64,000 nucleotides of DNA from the human T2T-CHM13v2.0 reference genome, Homo sapiens (GCF_009914755.1 NC_060930.1), one strand, 5' to 3'. Shown: positions 40,844-62,284, counted from the stretch's first letter. Made by a program: numbers and translations. Notes: generated by a model from the letters alone, not told the origin.

Positions 40844-42007
40844 TCAACTCTGCCCCCAGGAAGGTATGGGACCTTGCAATCTTATCTAGGTTGCGTCTTT
40901 TTCATTGAAATCACGAAATCATTAAGGTAAGTAGGGAAGGGTCAAGATAGCTAAGATGAGTGAGGGGACACAGACACCAATAAAAGTTCTAACTTTGAGG
41001 ACTCCTCCAGTATTCTTTTCATCCTAAAGCTTCTGGCCTATCAGCTAGTTCAGACACAGCCTAGGAGTCTCAAGCCAGTACAGGAACAAGGAGGCAGGTT
41101 GCCCTCTTGGGGCAAAGCTGTGGCCCCACCCTTGATGAAGAACGCCTGTAGGAACCCAGGACCTGTGAGCAGGTAGAGTCCTGAAGGTTTAAGATTCTGT
41201 GGAGCAGGTATGTGCAGTGCCAGTGCGCAACCAGCAACTGATGGACAGGAATAGGTAGAGCTGCTCTGAGTGCATTCCTTTGGCAAGCCTGGGCCAGAGG
41301 CACACAGGAAGGAATTAGTCATGTGGTATCATAGGCCAGGTGTGGAAGCAAATGAGCCAGAGTGGAACCAGGACCAGCCAGGGCCAAGGCAGGGAGAAGA
41401 GTTCCTCTAGCTGACATTGACAGGAAAGCAGAGTCAAAAACCTGGAATGGTTTGCTTCAAAGACTGGATGCTGCCTAATGACCTCGAAGGCCAGTGATAC
41501 CTGGACTCTTGAGTGAGCAAGGCAGATTTTGGAATGAGCACACAACTTCAAGTAAGCCCGGAGATGATTACCTGTAGTTTCTGCTGCTCTTAGAGGCAGA
41601 ATCATCTGAGAACTGATTGAGGAGTGCATGTATACCCCAGAGACTAGTGCACTCTAGGATAAAAGGAGTCATTCAGCCCTTACTTTTGGTTGGATGCAGG
41701 GTGTAGTTTCAATAAAATGTCACAGAACAAATTTCTAAGACCTTTAGGTTGAGTGAGTGTTAGAGTTTGTCTAGTAGTATATTTCTCATCAGTTACCTAT
41801 TTAGCTGTTCTGCATAGGCCTTTGAGATAAGGAAATAAGTAAGATAAATTCTCCCCAGAAACCGCAAAACAATTATAATGTTGAGAGAAGAATGAAGTAG
41901 TAACTCTGTCTGTACTGAAGAAGGAATTCGGTGTACAGAAAAGAGGTCACTGCCTGAGGTCGGGAGTTTAAGATCAGCCTGGCCAACATGGTGAAACCCC
42001 ATCTCTA

Positions 42008-42244
<237 letters not shown>

Positions 42245-43129
42245 CTAAGGGCTCTTGCTGAGAGGAGTTTGAGTAAGCCTTTTTCAGGTTCTCTTGTCTT
42301 TAGCATTTAAATCCTGGACTTTATAAGTAGACTGACAGTTGTGGCATCAACACAACTAAAAGGCAGGGTTACCCTCTTAGAGTACACTTGGAAAATCAGT
42401 CTGAAATGAAAGAAACTTTCTTGGTGAAGTGGAAGTGGAAGTTTTGGTTGGGTGCAGTGGCTCATACCTGTAATCCTAACATTTTGGGAGGCAAAGGTGG
42501 GAGGATTGCTTGAGACCAGGAGTTTGAGACCAGCCTGGGCAACATGGCGAGATCCCTTTTCTTTTTCTTTTTTTTGGGGGGAGACGAGGTCTGGCTTTGT
42601 TACCCAGGCTAAAGTGCAGTGCAATGGCATTCTAACACTCACCCAACCTAAGGGTCTTAGTATCCATACAAAAAGCATTGACAAAAAGCATGCCATATGT
42701 TAAGATCAAGGTTTATCTTTGGGTGTTGAGTGCAACACTTGTTATAAGAAGCAAAATAAACTTAGAAGCAAAGGAGTGGATGAGGATCTGTCTTGGGGGA
42801 AAATCCAAAGATTAGTTGTGATCAGAGTATAGTACCTTTTGGCCTGACTTATATAACAAACTCTGCAATATGTTAAAACCTTTAATGAAAACAAGGGAGA
42901 TGTTGGACTCTAATGTCACTCTTAATAATGAAATAACCAACATTTGTTGAGCTTTTTACTACATACCACAGGTGTTCTTCTAAGCTTTTTACTTTCATTA
43001 GCTCAATAGTCTTTGCCTTATCATATAATAGGCACTACTGCATGGATATATGTTGTCATTTACTGAGGAAGCAGTTATCAAGAGCCCAGACAATAAGCTG
43101 AGAAATCTGAGTTGACTTTAAAGTCCTCC

Positions 43130-46078
<2,949 letters not shown>

Positions 46079-46171
46079 GTCAGGCGGGTCTCAAACTCCC
46101 AACCTCACGTGATCTGCCCGCCTGGGCCTCCCAAAGTGCTGGGATTACAGGCATGAGTCACTGTGCCCAGC

Positions 46172-47030
<859 letters not shown>

Positions 47031-47351
47031 TTAACCCAGGAGGCAGAGGTTGCAGTGAGCTGAGATTTTGCGACTACACTCCAACCTGGGCAACAGAGCG
47101 GGACTCCATTCCAAAAAAATAAGAAAAACAGAAAAATAATAATTACATCTGCAAAGACCTTATTTCCAGGTAAGTCCACATTCACAAGTATCAGGAATTA
47201 GAACTTGGACATATCTTTTTGAGGTATTCAATTTAACCCACTACACCCAGTTGACAATATATATCAACACCCTCTTCACTTAGTGTCCTGAAGGAATTGA
47301 TCCTATAGTGGAAAAGTTTTTGTTTCTATTTTTTCTTTTTTTTTTTTCTGA

Positions 47352-47612
<261 letters not shown>

Positions 47613-48334
47613 TGAGCCACCGCGCCCGGCCTGTTGCTCTTTTTCTTTGTACATTCTGTTAATATTTTCATCGTTAATTAGTAAATGATGGCAGTGTTTT
47701 TCAGACTGCAAGTTGTCACCCATTAGAGAATGGTGAAATTAGCTTAGTCGGTCACAATCAATACCCTTTATAATATAAAAGAATGTAGCAAAGTCTATTA
47801 ATTTCTTTTTGAAATATATAGACATGATGTAAAATGTTTTGGTTTTTTTTTGTTGTTGTTGTTGGGGGGGACAGAATCTCACTCTGACGCCCAGGCTGGA
47901 GTGCAGTGGCACAATCTCAGCTCACTGCAACCACCTCCGCCCTCTGGGTCCAAGTGATTTTCTGCCTCAGCCTCCTCAGTAGCTGGGATTACAGGCACCC
48001 GTCACCACACCTGGCTAATTTTGTATTTTTAGTAGACACAGGGTTTCACTATGTTGGCCAGGCTGGTCTTGAACTCCTGACCTAGTGATCCACCTGCCTT
48101 GGCCTCCCAAAGTGCTGGGATTACAGGCGTAATCCACCGTGCCTGGTGTAAAATATATTTTTTATTATGAGTCTAAGTCAAAAAAGCATAAGAAACATGT
48201 ATGATGCATTCCTACCTTGTAATAATGAATAGCCATTAAGAAGACTGAGGTTAGGCTGGGTGCAGTGGCTCACACCTGTAATCTCAGCACTATGGGAGGC
48301 CGAGGTGGGTGGATCACCTGAGGTCAGGAGTTCA

Positions 48335-48628
<294 letters not shown>

Positions 48629-48660
48629 TTATAGTGTAATCCCATTTAAAAAAAAAGGTT

Positions 48661-48735
48661 ACAAATTGTGCTTTTCTATGAGTAGTGTTGACTGTCAACA
48701 CCAGACAACACTACTCATAGAAAAGCACAATTTGT
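48661..48735. repeat. Perfect 30-bp inverted repeat with 15-nt spacer
   Basis: 48661-48690 is the exact reverse complement of 48706-48735. Confidence 0.97.
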
Positions 48736-49255
48736 CTCTAAAGGTCCACCAGAAAAAACTTTTGATCATGCAAACCTAAGTTTATTAGAATTCCTACACC
48801 ATCATTTTTGTTTGTTTGTTTTTGAGACGGAGTCTTGCTCTGTCGCCCACGCTGGAGTGCAGTGGAGCGATCTCGGCTCACTGCAATCTCTGCCTCCCAG
48901 GTTCAAGCTATTCTCCTGCCTCACTCCCAAGTAGCTGGGACTACAGGCACCTGCCACCACGTCGGGGTTTCACCATGTTGTCTAAGCTGGTCTCGAACTG
49001 CTGACCTTGTGATCCGCCCACCCACCCTGGCCTCCCAAAGTGCTGGGATTACAGGCGTGAGCCACCGCGCCCAGCCCTCCTACACCATCTTGACAGAACC
49101 TTAGTACAATCTCAGAAGGAAAAAGCCAGGTAGAAGGCCAGACGTGGTGGCTCACACCCGTAATCCCAGCGCTTTGGGAGGCTGAGGTGGGCATATCACT
49201 TCAGATCGGAGTTCCAGACCAGCCTAGCCAACATGGTAAGACCCTGTCTCTACTA

Positions 49256-50046
<791 letters not shown>

Positions 50047-50270
50047 TGATCCCCCCGCCTCGGCCTCCCAAAGTGCTGGAATTATAGGCATGAGCAACCA
50101 CTCCCAGCCTAAAATTGACATTTTAAAATGTTATTTTATTTATTCATTTTAAAATAATAGTAATAAGCCAGGCACGGGCCGGGCGCAGTGGCTCACGCCT
50201 GTAGTCCCAGCACTTTGGGAGGCCAAGGTAAGCAGATCATGAGGTCAGGAGATCGAGACCATCCTGGCTA

Positions 50271-50609
<339 letters not shown>

Positions 50610-51066
50610 TTAACCAGGTGTGGTGGCACATACCTGTAGTCCCAGCTACTTGGGAAGATTGCTTGAATTTCGGGAGTTTGAGGCTACAGTGAAATACAAT
50701 GGAGCCACTGCATACCAGCCTGGGTGACAGAGTGAGACCCTTTCTCTAAAAAAACAAAATGACAATAATAGCCACTACATGTTATAACATTTTTATTAAA
50801 TCAATTTTTATCCAATATTAACATAACATTACATTTTTAATGAAAAATAACTATTTGCCAAAACAAAAAAGAATGGCATCATTCTACATTTTTGCAAATA
50901 TGTATAGCGGGGCTCATTAGGCAATTGCCTGGACTCTCATCCCAGTCCACTTCTATTTATTAGCTGGTTAGCATTGCAGCAATCATCCTCATTCTAATGT
51001 ATCCATTGTCCATTGCTGAGAGAAAGAAATGTATGAACTCTACCTAATGTTGGTGAGCAGTGTGCC

Positions 51067-51408
51067 TTATATGGTTTGGCTCTGTGTCCCCACCCAGATC
51101 TCACCTTGAATTGTAATAATCCCCACATGTAAAGGGCAAGACCAGGTGGAAGTAATCGGATCATGGGGGCAGTTTCCCCCATGCTGTTCTCGTGATGAGT
51201 GACTCTCACGACATCTGATGGTTTTATAAGCGTCTGGCATTTCCCCTACTGGCGCTCATTCATTCTCCTACCACCTTGTGAAAAGGTGCCTTCCGCCATG
51301 ATTGTAAGTTTCCTGAGGTCTCCGCAGCAATGTGGAACTGTGAGTCAATTAAACCTCTTTTCTTTGTAAGGTACCCAGTCTCGTGTAGCAGCATAACAGA
51401 CTAATACA
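51067..51408 (+). mobile_element. Solo THE1 (ERVL-MaLR) LTR
   Basis: atatggtttggctctgtgtccccaccc...gtgagtcaattaaacctc...ctaataca; 5-bp TSD gtgcc (51062-51066, 51409-51413). Confidence 0.93.
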
Positions 51409-51699
51409 GTGCCTTTGATAATTTTATAACATTTATTATTGGGAAACAACTGGAGCAAAGAAGGCCTGTACTCCAACACAGGTTCATGCACCCTACCATG
51501 CGAGCGCCACCTGGACTGGCTGGAGATGGGATCTGTGCACTGCTGAGGCCTTGTACTGGCTAGCCAGGATCTGAGGGAGCCAATTAGCGGGTGCCCCTGG
51601 AGGAGGTGGAGCTTACAGAAGGAACTAACCTGGCACCATGGGCCAATCTAGAGCAGTCTTGTCCTGTCCCCAGTCCACAAGGGATTCTCTCTAATTTCA

Positions 51700-52019
<320 letters not shown>

Positions 52020-52089
52020 CAGATCCCAGTCTGTTTGCAGGCAGTGGCACCCAGCCTGGTTGCAACCCTGTGCGGGGTGACACGGCTCT

Positions 52090-52551
52090 ATGGGAAGTGT
52101 GTCCATCCCGGAAAGGGACTCCTTTTGCATACTTGCCTCACTGGTGCAGGTTTAGGCACATTCTGAAACCATCAGTGCTTTACTTGGTGGCTGGTCACCT
52201 GGAAAAGATATTTGGTAAGTGTCCTGGTGTCTTTACCACTGCGCTACACTTTTGACTCCCCTGGCTCACCCTAAACCACCCGCCTGAAACCTAAGGCAGA
52301 ATCTAGTGTCCTGCAGGCCAGCATCCCAGTGACATCTTTCCCCTCTCCCCCCAATCCCCTCCCAGCCTTGCCCCATTTGGTAAAACTTCAACCTTCCTTT
52401 CTACACAGGCTCAAGCAGAGTCTTCCTCCTGGTGTTCCAGAAGGAGTTCAAGGTCCTGCTCCATATGGGACAGCTAGATTCTGAGGGCAATGTTGAGATC
52501 CTCATCTCCAGAAGGTGCTGGTGCCAGAAATATGACAAAAGGCTGATTGAC
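52090..52551 (+). pseudogene. Unprocessed KHDC3L(FILIA)/OOEP-like KH-domain pseudogene: exon 1 52090-52214, intron 52215-52408, truncated exon 2 52409-52551
   Basis: Exon 1 ends LPHW...LKPSVLYLVAGHLEKIF-G|GTAAGT; polypyrimidine acceptor at 52407-52408, phase 1; exon 2 [40 protein letters not shown] has 12/40 identities, ungapped, to recalled KHDC3L exon 2; 1-nt frameshift after the ATG; cut by Alus. Confidence 0.75.
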
Positions 52552-53888
52552 GGGCCAGGCGCGGTGGCTCACGCCTGTATTCCCAGCACTTTGGGAGGCC
52601 AAGGCGGGTGGATCATGAGGTCAAGAGTTCGAGACCATCCTGGCCAATATGGTGAAACCCTGTCTCTACTAAAAATACAAAAAATTAGCTGGGCGTGGTG
52701 GCACGCATCTGTAGTCCCAACTACTTGGGAGGCTGAGGCAGGAGAATTGCTTGAACCGGGAGGAGGAGGTTGCAGTGAGCAGAGATCGTGCCACTGCTCT
52801 CCAGCCTGGGCGGCAGACTGAGTGAGATTCCGTCTAAAAAAAAAGAGGCCTGGTGTGGCGGCTCAGGCCTGTAATCCTAGCACTTTGGGAGGCTGAGGCA
52901 GGTGGATTGCCTGAGGTCAAGAGGTCAGGACCAGCCTGTCCAACATGGTGAAACCCCATCTCTACTAAAAATGCAAAAATTAGCCAGATGTGGTGGCACA
53001 TGCTTGTAATCCCAGCTACTTCGGAGGCTGAGGCAGGAGAATCGCTTGAACCCAGAGTGTGGAAGTTGCAGTGAACCAAGATCATGCCACTTCACTCCAA
53101 CCTGGGCGAAAGAGCAAAACTTCATCTCAAAAAAAGAAAAGTATTTAAAAAAAAAAAAAACTAGCCAGGCTTTGTAGCATGTGCCTGTTGCCCCTTCTAA
53201 TTGGAAGGCTGAGGTGGGAAGATCACTTGAGCTTGGGAGGTTAAGGCTGCAGTGAGCAGTGGTTGCACCACCTCACTCCAACCTGGGGTCAGAAGGAGAC
53301 CCTATCTCAAAAAAAACAACTTTGTAAACTGTGATCCACACCTCAGTGCAGTGGGATAAAACTGTCCAGTAGCCTTGGCCTCCGAGGCCCTGTCTGAATC
53401 CTCCTTTTTTGCACCTGTAGCTAAAGGGCAGCAAGTGTTTTCTGTACTCTATATTCACTTTTAGACAAGTCACTTTTAGAGACTTGTTTAAAGATTCAAA
53501 ATGAGTTATAATAAAAAATAAATGTAAAATATACCTAGCAATTGGTATCGATTGACAAGAAAGCTTTCTTTGCTTGTTCCCACATGAAGAAAAAAGGTGA
53601 AGAATTACAAAAGGTTGGTTCAGCTTTTCAATTTTTTTGTGTTAAGTGGGTGTAGCTAGGATAATTAATGTCCCAGGGAACTTTTGTAAATAAGGAAGAA
53701 CATTCCTGTTTATTCTTTCATTAATGCTAGTTTTGAAAAAATAGGCTCTATAAATTAAGTTTTCATGTGTTGAAACATTGACAAATTGATTCCATTCTCC
53801 TTAACTGTTAGTTAAAAAGAACAAGTCTGGTCGGGCACGGTGGCTCACACCTGTAATTCAAGACTGGGAAGTGGAGGCAGGCGGATCA

Positions 53889-54176
<288 letters not shown>

Positions 54177-54625
54177 TTATCAGTTAGTATAAAACTTTAA
54201 AATATCGCTTGGGCCAAGCGCAATTGCTTATATCTGTAATCCCAGCACTTTGGGAGACCGAGGCAGGAAGATTGCTTGAGTCCAGGAGTTCAAAACAAGC
54301 CTAGGCAGTATAGTGAGACCTTGTCTCTATAAAAAAAACTTAAAAATTAGCCAGGCATGTTGGCATGTACCTATATAGTCCCACCTACAGAGGTAGCAGT
54401 AGGTGGGACAGAGGCAAGAGGATCACTTGGGCCTGGATTCAGGCTGCAGTGAGCCATGATCACACCAGCCACTGTGCTATAGTCTGTATGATGGAGATCG
54501 TGTCTCAAAAAAAAAAAAAAATCACTAAATTAGCATTTGGTATATGTCAGGTTTTATGGTTTTTACTGTTTGTGAAGTTAAATATCTTTTTATACCTTTG
54601 TCAAACATTTGTGTTTCTTTTGTAG

Positions 54626-54778
<153 letters not shown>

Positions 54779-54849
54779 TGAGTAGCTAGGATTACAAGCA
54801 CAAGCCACCACGCCTGGCCAATTTTTTTTTTTTTTTTTTGTACTTTTAG

Positions 54850-55182
<333 letters not shown>

Positions 55183-55289
55183 TAATTTCAGTTTTCATTT
55201 GGTTTTACTTTTATTTATAGTACTTTTTCAGTATCACAAATGTTGATGTTTTTATGGGACTAAATCCATTCAACTTTTTCATTATGAAT

Positions 55290-55507
55290 TTTTGCATTAT
55301 GATTTTTATTTTATTACAGTATATTGTTGTAATTTTTTGTTTTATTGTTGTTAATTTCTTACTGTGCCTAACATAAATTAAACTTTATCATGGTATGTAT
55401 GCATAGGAAAAATCACAGTACATATAGAGTTCAGTTATATTCATGGTTTCTGGCATCCACTGGAGGTCTTAGACCATATCCCCCAAGGATAAGGGGGCAC
55501 TATTGTA
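55290..55507 (+). mobile_element. MER44/Tigger7-like DNA transposon 3' part
   Basis: ttactgtgcctaa...aaattaaactttatcat...ggcatccactggaggtctt...ggataaggggg...tg-ta terminal repeat. Confidence 0.75.
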
Positions 55508-55730
55508 CACGAATTTTACAGATGAGGACAGTGTGAGAACATCAAATAACGTTTTTCCTGCCTCTTTGTCACTTTTCATGTGAATACATTCTCTCACACT
55601 TGGCTACAAACTCCTTTTTGGCATGGATGATAAATCTGTATTCTTCTACTACTGAGACCCTAGGTACACAGTTAAACACTAGATGATTGACTGTTACAGT
55701 GATTGCATATTTATCAACCAGTTAGCCTTA

Positions 55731-56070
<340 letters not shown>

Positions 56071-57179
56071 TCAACTATATGGACATTTGACTGTATATAA
56101 ATCTCTCTATATGCTCTACAGTATCAAGAAAAGTCTGCGAAAATTGCATATTAATAATTGGGAAAATATATTGAAATTTTTTTCTCCATTTGCCTCAATG
56201 ATAACATGGGACCATGGATTTTTTTTTTTTTTTTTTTTTTTGAAGAGATGTGGTGTTGCTGTCACCCAGGCTGGAGTGCAGTGGCGAACATGGCTCACTG
56301 CAGCCTTGACCTCTTAGGCTCGAGCAATCCTCCTGCCTCAGTCCCCCAAGTAACTTGGACTATAGGCACCCACCACCACACCCAGCTAATGTTTATATTT
56401 TTCGTAGAGACAGAGTTTTGCTGTGTTGCCAGGCTGATCAACTCCTGAGCTTATGCAATCCACTCACCTCAGCCTCCCAAAGTGCCAGGATTACAGGCGT
56501 GAGCCACCTTGCCCGGCCAAGATGAGGTATTATTACATCATTATTGTAAGGTACTGTTGGGCCCTCTTTCTATTTTGTTATTTTGTATGTGATCATCATT
56601 GTTGCTCATCATTCCTGTTCTTGGTATAGTTCCTACTTTTTCTGCGTTCCTTTGGCCTATTCACAGTTTACTACATCCATCCTTCTCTACTTTTATAGTT
56701 AGAGAAATGTGATAGCCAGTCCTACACTTAATAGAAGAAATAATACCCAGATATTTACCCTCCTTCAAATTAAAATTAATAAAGATTAAATATATCCTTT
56801 TTTGTTTTATTTATTTTTGAGGAGACAGTCTCACTGTCACCCAGGTTGGAGTGCAATGGCACAATCACAACTCACTACAGCCTCTACCTACCCATGCTCA
56901 GGTGATCCTCCCATCTCAGCCTTCCAAGTAGCTGGAACCACAGGCATGCACCACCATGCTCGGCTAATGTTTGTATTTTATTTTTTGTAGAAATGGGGTT
57001 TTGCCATGTTGTCCAGGCTGGTCTCGAACTCCTGGGCTCAAGCAATCAGCCCACCTCAGCCTCCCAAAGTGCTGAGATTACTGGCATGACCCAACATGCC
57101 AAGCCAAACATATCCTTTTATGTGATTTATTTGTGAATTACAATGGTCTTTAATTTCTTTTTTTTTTTTTTTTTTTTGA

Positions 57180-57341
<162 letters not shown>

Positions 57342-58057
57342 TAGTAGCGATGGGGTTTCTCCATATTGGTCAGGCTGGTCTCAAACTCCAGACCTCAGGT
57401 GACCTGTCCACCTTGGCCTCCCAAAGTGCTGGGATTACAGGTGTGAGCCACCATGCCCAACCTAATTTCTTTTTTAATAGCTTTTTAAATCTTGTCAGTT
57501 TGCATTTTCCCCAGAACTCCCTTCTGTGATCATATATCTTCTTCCTAAAGCACATCCTTTAGAAGTTTTGGCTGGGCATGGTGGCTTACGCCTGTAATCC
57601 CAACACTTTGGGAGACCAAGTAGGGCAAATCACTTGAGGTCAGGAGTTTGAGATCAGCCTGGCCAACATGGGGAAACCCTGTCTCTACTAAAAATACAAA
57701 AATTAGCCTGGCATGGTGGTGCCTGTCTGTAATCCCAGCACTTTGGGAGGCCAAGGCAGGCGGATCACCTGAGATCAGGAGTTTGAGACTAGCCTAACAT
57801 GGAGAAACCTTGTCTCTACTAAAAATAGAAATTTAGCCAGGCGTGGTGGCACACACCTGTAATCCCAGCTACTCAGGAGGCTAAGGCAGGAGAATCACTT
57901 GAACCTGGGAGGCAGAGGTTGCAGTGAGCCAAGCTCATGCCACGGCACTCCAGCCTGGGTGACAGAACGAGACTCTCTCAAAAAAAAAAACAAAAAACCA
58001 CCTGGGTGCAGTGGGTCACACCTGTAATCCCAGCATTTCCTGAAGGTCAAGAGTTCA

Positions 58058-58328
<271 letters not shown>

Positions 58329-58641
58329 TTACTCCACACTCAGTTTTTCCTATTATTAACATCTTATATTAAAGCCCATACTTTATTCTGATTTCCTTAG
58401 TTTTTACCTAAGGTCCTTTTTCTGCCCCAGGAGCCCAAACAGTGTACCACATTACATTTAGTCATCATGTCTCCTTAGGCTCCTCTTGGCTGTGGTAGAT
58501 TCTCAGACTTTTTTTGTTTTTGATGACCTTGACAGTTTTGAGGCATACTGGTCAAGCATATTTTAAGATGCCACTCTAGGCCAGGTCCGGTGGCTCACGC
58601 CTGTAATCCCTGCACTTTGGGAGGCCAAGGTGGGTGGATCA

Positions 58642-58857
<216 letters not shown>

Positions 58858-58982
58858 CTAAAAAAAAAAAAAAAAAAGATGCCACTCTAGTGGAGTTTGT
58901 CTGAAGTCTCATGATTAGACTGGGATTAGGGGTTTTGAGGAGGAAGACCATAAAGTAAGCGCCATTTTCATCACATTATACC

Positions 58983-59666
58983 TGAAACTGCCATTGCAAA
59001 ATCATAACTGAGAGTGAAAGAGAGCTGATCTAACCAACTCCATCTTGCTTCTAACCTCCAAACTGTCCTTTTTCATTCCTGGGCTTAGGCTCAACTAACT
59101 TTAGGAGGAACTTAGTTTATAGGTTAAAACGAAGATGATAACAGCCCTTTCCCAAAACAAACCTCCTTGCCTGGGGACTAGACTCCCTTTGTAGGACTAA
59201 CAAAGGAGCCACAAGGTTAGAAATTATAGTTTAGGAGTCATGCAGCTGGAGGCTACAAGATTCAGACCCTCCCTAAACTGCTCTTAAGATCAGTGCTTGA
59301 GATACTTTACAGACCCTGCACTTGATGGATCAGCTGGCACCACCACCCAGATCGATAAACTGGCTCATCTGATCTTGTGGCCCCCACCCAGGAACTGACT
59401 CCGTGCAAGAGGCTTTAATTCCCTATGATTTTATCTCTGACCTAACCAATCAACACTCGACACACTGTCCTTCCCCCACCCACCATATTATCCTTAAAAA
59501 CTCTGATCCCCGAATGCTCCAGGAGACAGATTTGAGTAATGATAAAACTCTGGTCTCCTGCACAGCCTGTTCTACGTGAATTACTCTTTCTCTATTACAA
59601 TTCGCCTGTCTTTATAAATTGGCTCTGTCTAGGAAATGGGCAAGGTGAAGCCACTGGGCAGTTACA
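58983..59666 (+). mobile_element. Solo LTR8 (ERV1) inserted in an old L1M 3' end
   Basis: TGAAACTGCCATTGCAAAAT...GGCAGTTACA; TSD tacc (58979-58982, 59667-59670). Confidence 0.88.
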
Positions 59667-60581
59667 TACCGGAGGTACATGCTATTAACATGACTTCACT
59701 TTTTATGTTGACCTTGATCATCAGGCTGAAGTAGTCTGTCAGTCCTCTCCACTGTAAAGTTACTCATACCTTCCTTTTCCTTATTGTAATCTTTTGAAGG
59801 AAGTCATTACGTATAGCTCACATTTAATGAAGGAACCGGGAGTTATGCTCCACCTCCATAAGGACAGAGTACCTACATAAATTATTTGAAATTCTGCATG
59901 GGAGATTTGTCTGTTCTACCTCACTTATTTAATTATTCATTTTTAACTGTGTGGACTCAAGTGTTACTAGTTTTTTTTTTTTAAAAAGAAGCAGCTTGTG
60001 GTTTTGTTTATCCTATTTTGTTTCTTATTCCATTGGCTTTTGCTTTAATCTTTTATTTCCTTAGGTGTTTTGTTATATAGAGACAGGGTCTCAGTGTTGC
60101 CCAGGCTAGTCTCAAGTGATCCATGCAAGTCTCAACTCCCGACCTCAAGTGATCCTCCTTCCCAGGCCTCCCAAAGTGCTGGGATTACAAGTGTAAGCAC
60201 CCGGCCCTTAGTTTTTGTTTCTTTAGGATCATTCTGTTTTCTTTAATTTTTGGAGTTGAAGCTTTACCTCACTGGTTTTCATTCTTTTTTTTTTTTTTTT
60301 GGAGACAGAGTCTCTCTCTGTCGCCCAGGCTGGAGTGCAGTGGCGCGATCTTGGCTCACTGCAACCTCTGCCCCCCAGGTTCAAATTTTTGTATTTTTAG
60401 TAGGGAAAGGGTTTCATCGTGTTGGCCAGGCTGGTCTTGAACTCCTGACCTCAGGTGATCCTCCCGCCTCCGCCTCCCACAGTGCTGGGATTACAGGAGT
60501 GACCACCGTGCCTGGCACCATTCTTTCCTCTTTGATAACTGCAGTATTTTCCCACTCCACCCTTCATCCTCTCCAGCACAT

Positions 60582-61330
60582 TGAAACCACCTTTGCAAAG
60601 ATTATGACACCGAGAGAAGTCTAGCATGGCTGACCCCATCTTGCTTCTAGCCTCACTCATTCCTGGGCATAGGCCAAACTAACCTTGGGAGGAGTTTAAT
60701 TTCTAGTTTAACTTTAAGGCAAGGATGATAATCGTTCCTCTCTAAAACGGATCCCCTCCTTGTTCAGGAACTGAAACAGCCTTTGTAAGACTAATGAAAA
60801 CCCACAATATTAGGATTATGAGAGGGCCTGACTTCTGCCAAAATGTAGGCATAGTTTTTGTAATCCCTTACTGCTCAGAAGGTATGTGGTCATAGGTTAC
60901 AAGATTTGTGACTTCCTCAGTTTCTCTTATAGATAAGATCACTATTGTAAAACCTAAGATTGATCTTTTGAATTGTTTTTCAAACTTTTGCATTCTGGCA
61001 ACTGACATACCCTACCGGGGCCCATGACTCCTGACTCAGCCAGTCCTGTGGTCCCCACCCAGAGGTGGGCTTAGTGCACAAGGACCATTTTCCACACCCC
61101 TAAGATTTCATCTTCAACCATTCCCTAGCCCCCTGCCCACCAAATTATCTATAAAAACTCTGGCCTCTGAGCTCTCAGGGAGGCAGATTTTAGTAATCTT
61201 AAACTCCTGTCTCTCTGCTTGGCTGGCCTTGCATTAATTAAATTAAACTATTTCTTTACTACCACAATGCTGTCTCAGTGAATTGGATTTCCCTGTGCAG
61301 CAGGCAAGAAGAATCTGTTGGATGATTACA
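60582..61330 (+). mobile_element. Solo LTR8A/B-like LTR
   Basis: TGAAACCACCTTTGCAAAGATTATGAC...GATTACA; TSD acat (60578-60581, 61331-61334). Confidence 0.85.
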
Positions 61331-61434
61331 ACATTGCTGGATTGATAGCAGCCTCACCTGCCAGGCTCAAACTCCAGGTATGCTCTTAAAGCTGCCCTTT
61401 CTCTTGGGATATCAGGCTTATCCACCCTTCCTGA

Positions 61435-61827
<393 letters not shown>

Positions 61828-61971
61828 TAGAGTTTGTTTTGCCATAGAAAGACAATGTTACTTTTTATTCATCATCTTTTAAAGTCTTGGCAAAAATTCC
61901 ACCAGTCCTACCAGAGACCGCAGGTTGACTCTGCTGATTTGGCCTCTATGCCTTATTCATGCTTATCATGA

Positions 61972-62155
<184 letters not shown>

Positions 62156-62284
62156 TAGTAGAGACAGGGTTTCGCCATGTTGGCCAGGCTGGTCTCAAAC
62201 TCCTGACATCAGGTGATCTGCCTGCCTCGGCCTCCCGAAGTGCTGGGATTACAGGCCTGAGTCACTGTGCCCGGCCCATTTTCT

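Noticed and set aside
51152-51163. DUX4 site in the THE1 LTR
   Set aside because: Reads TAATCGGATCA, degenerate relative to the TAATTGAATCA-type site.
58983-61330. Possible single provirus bounded by two LTR8s
   Set aside because: Different TSDs, divergent sequences, and L1/Alu rather than ERV sequence between them.
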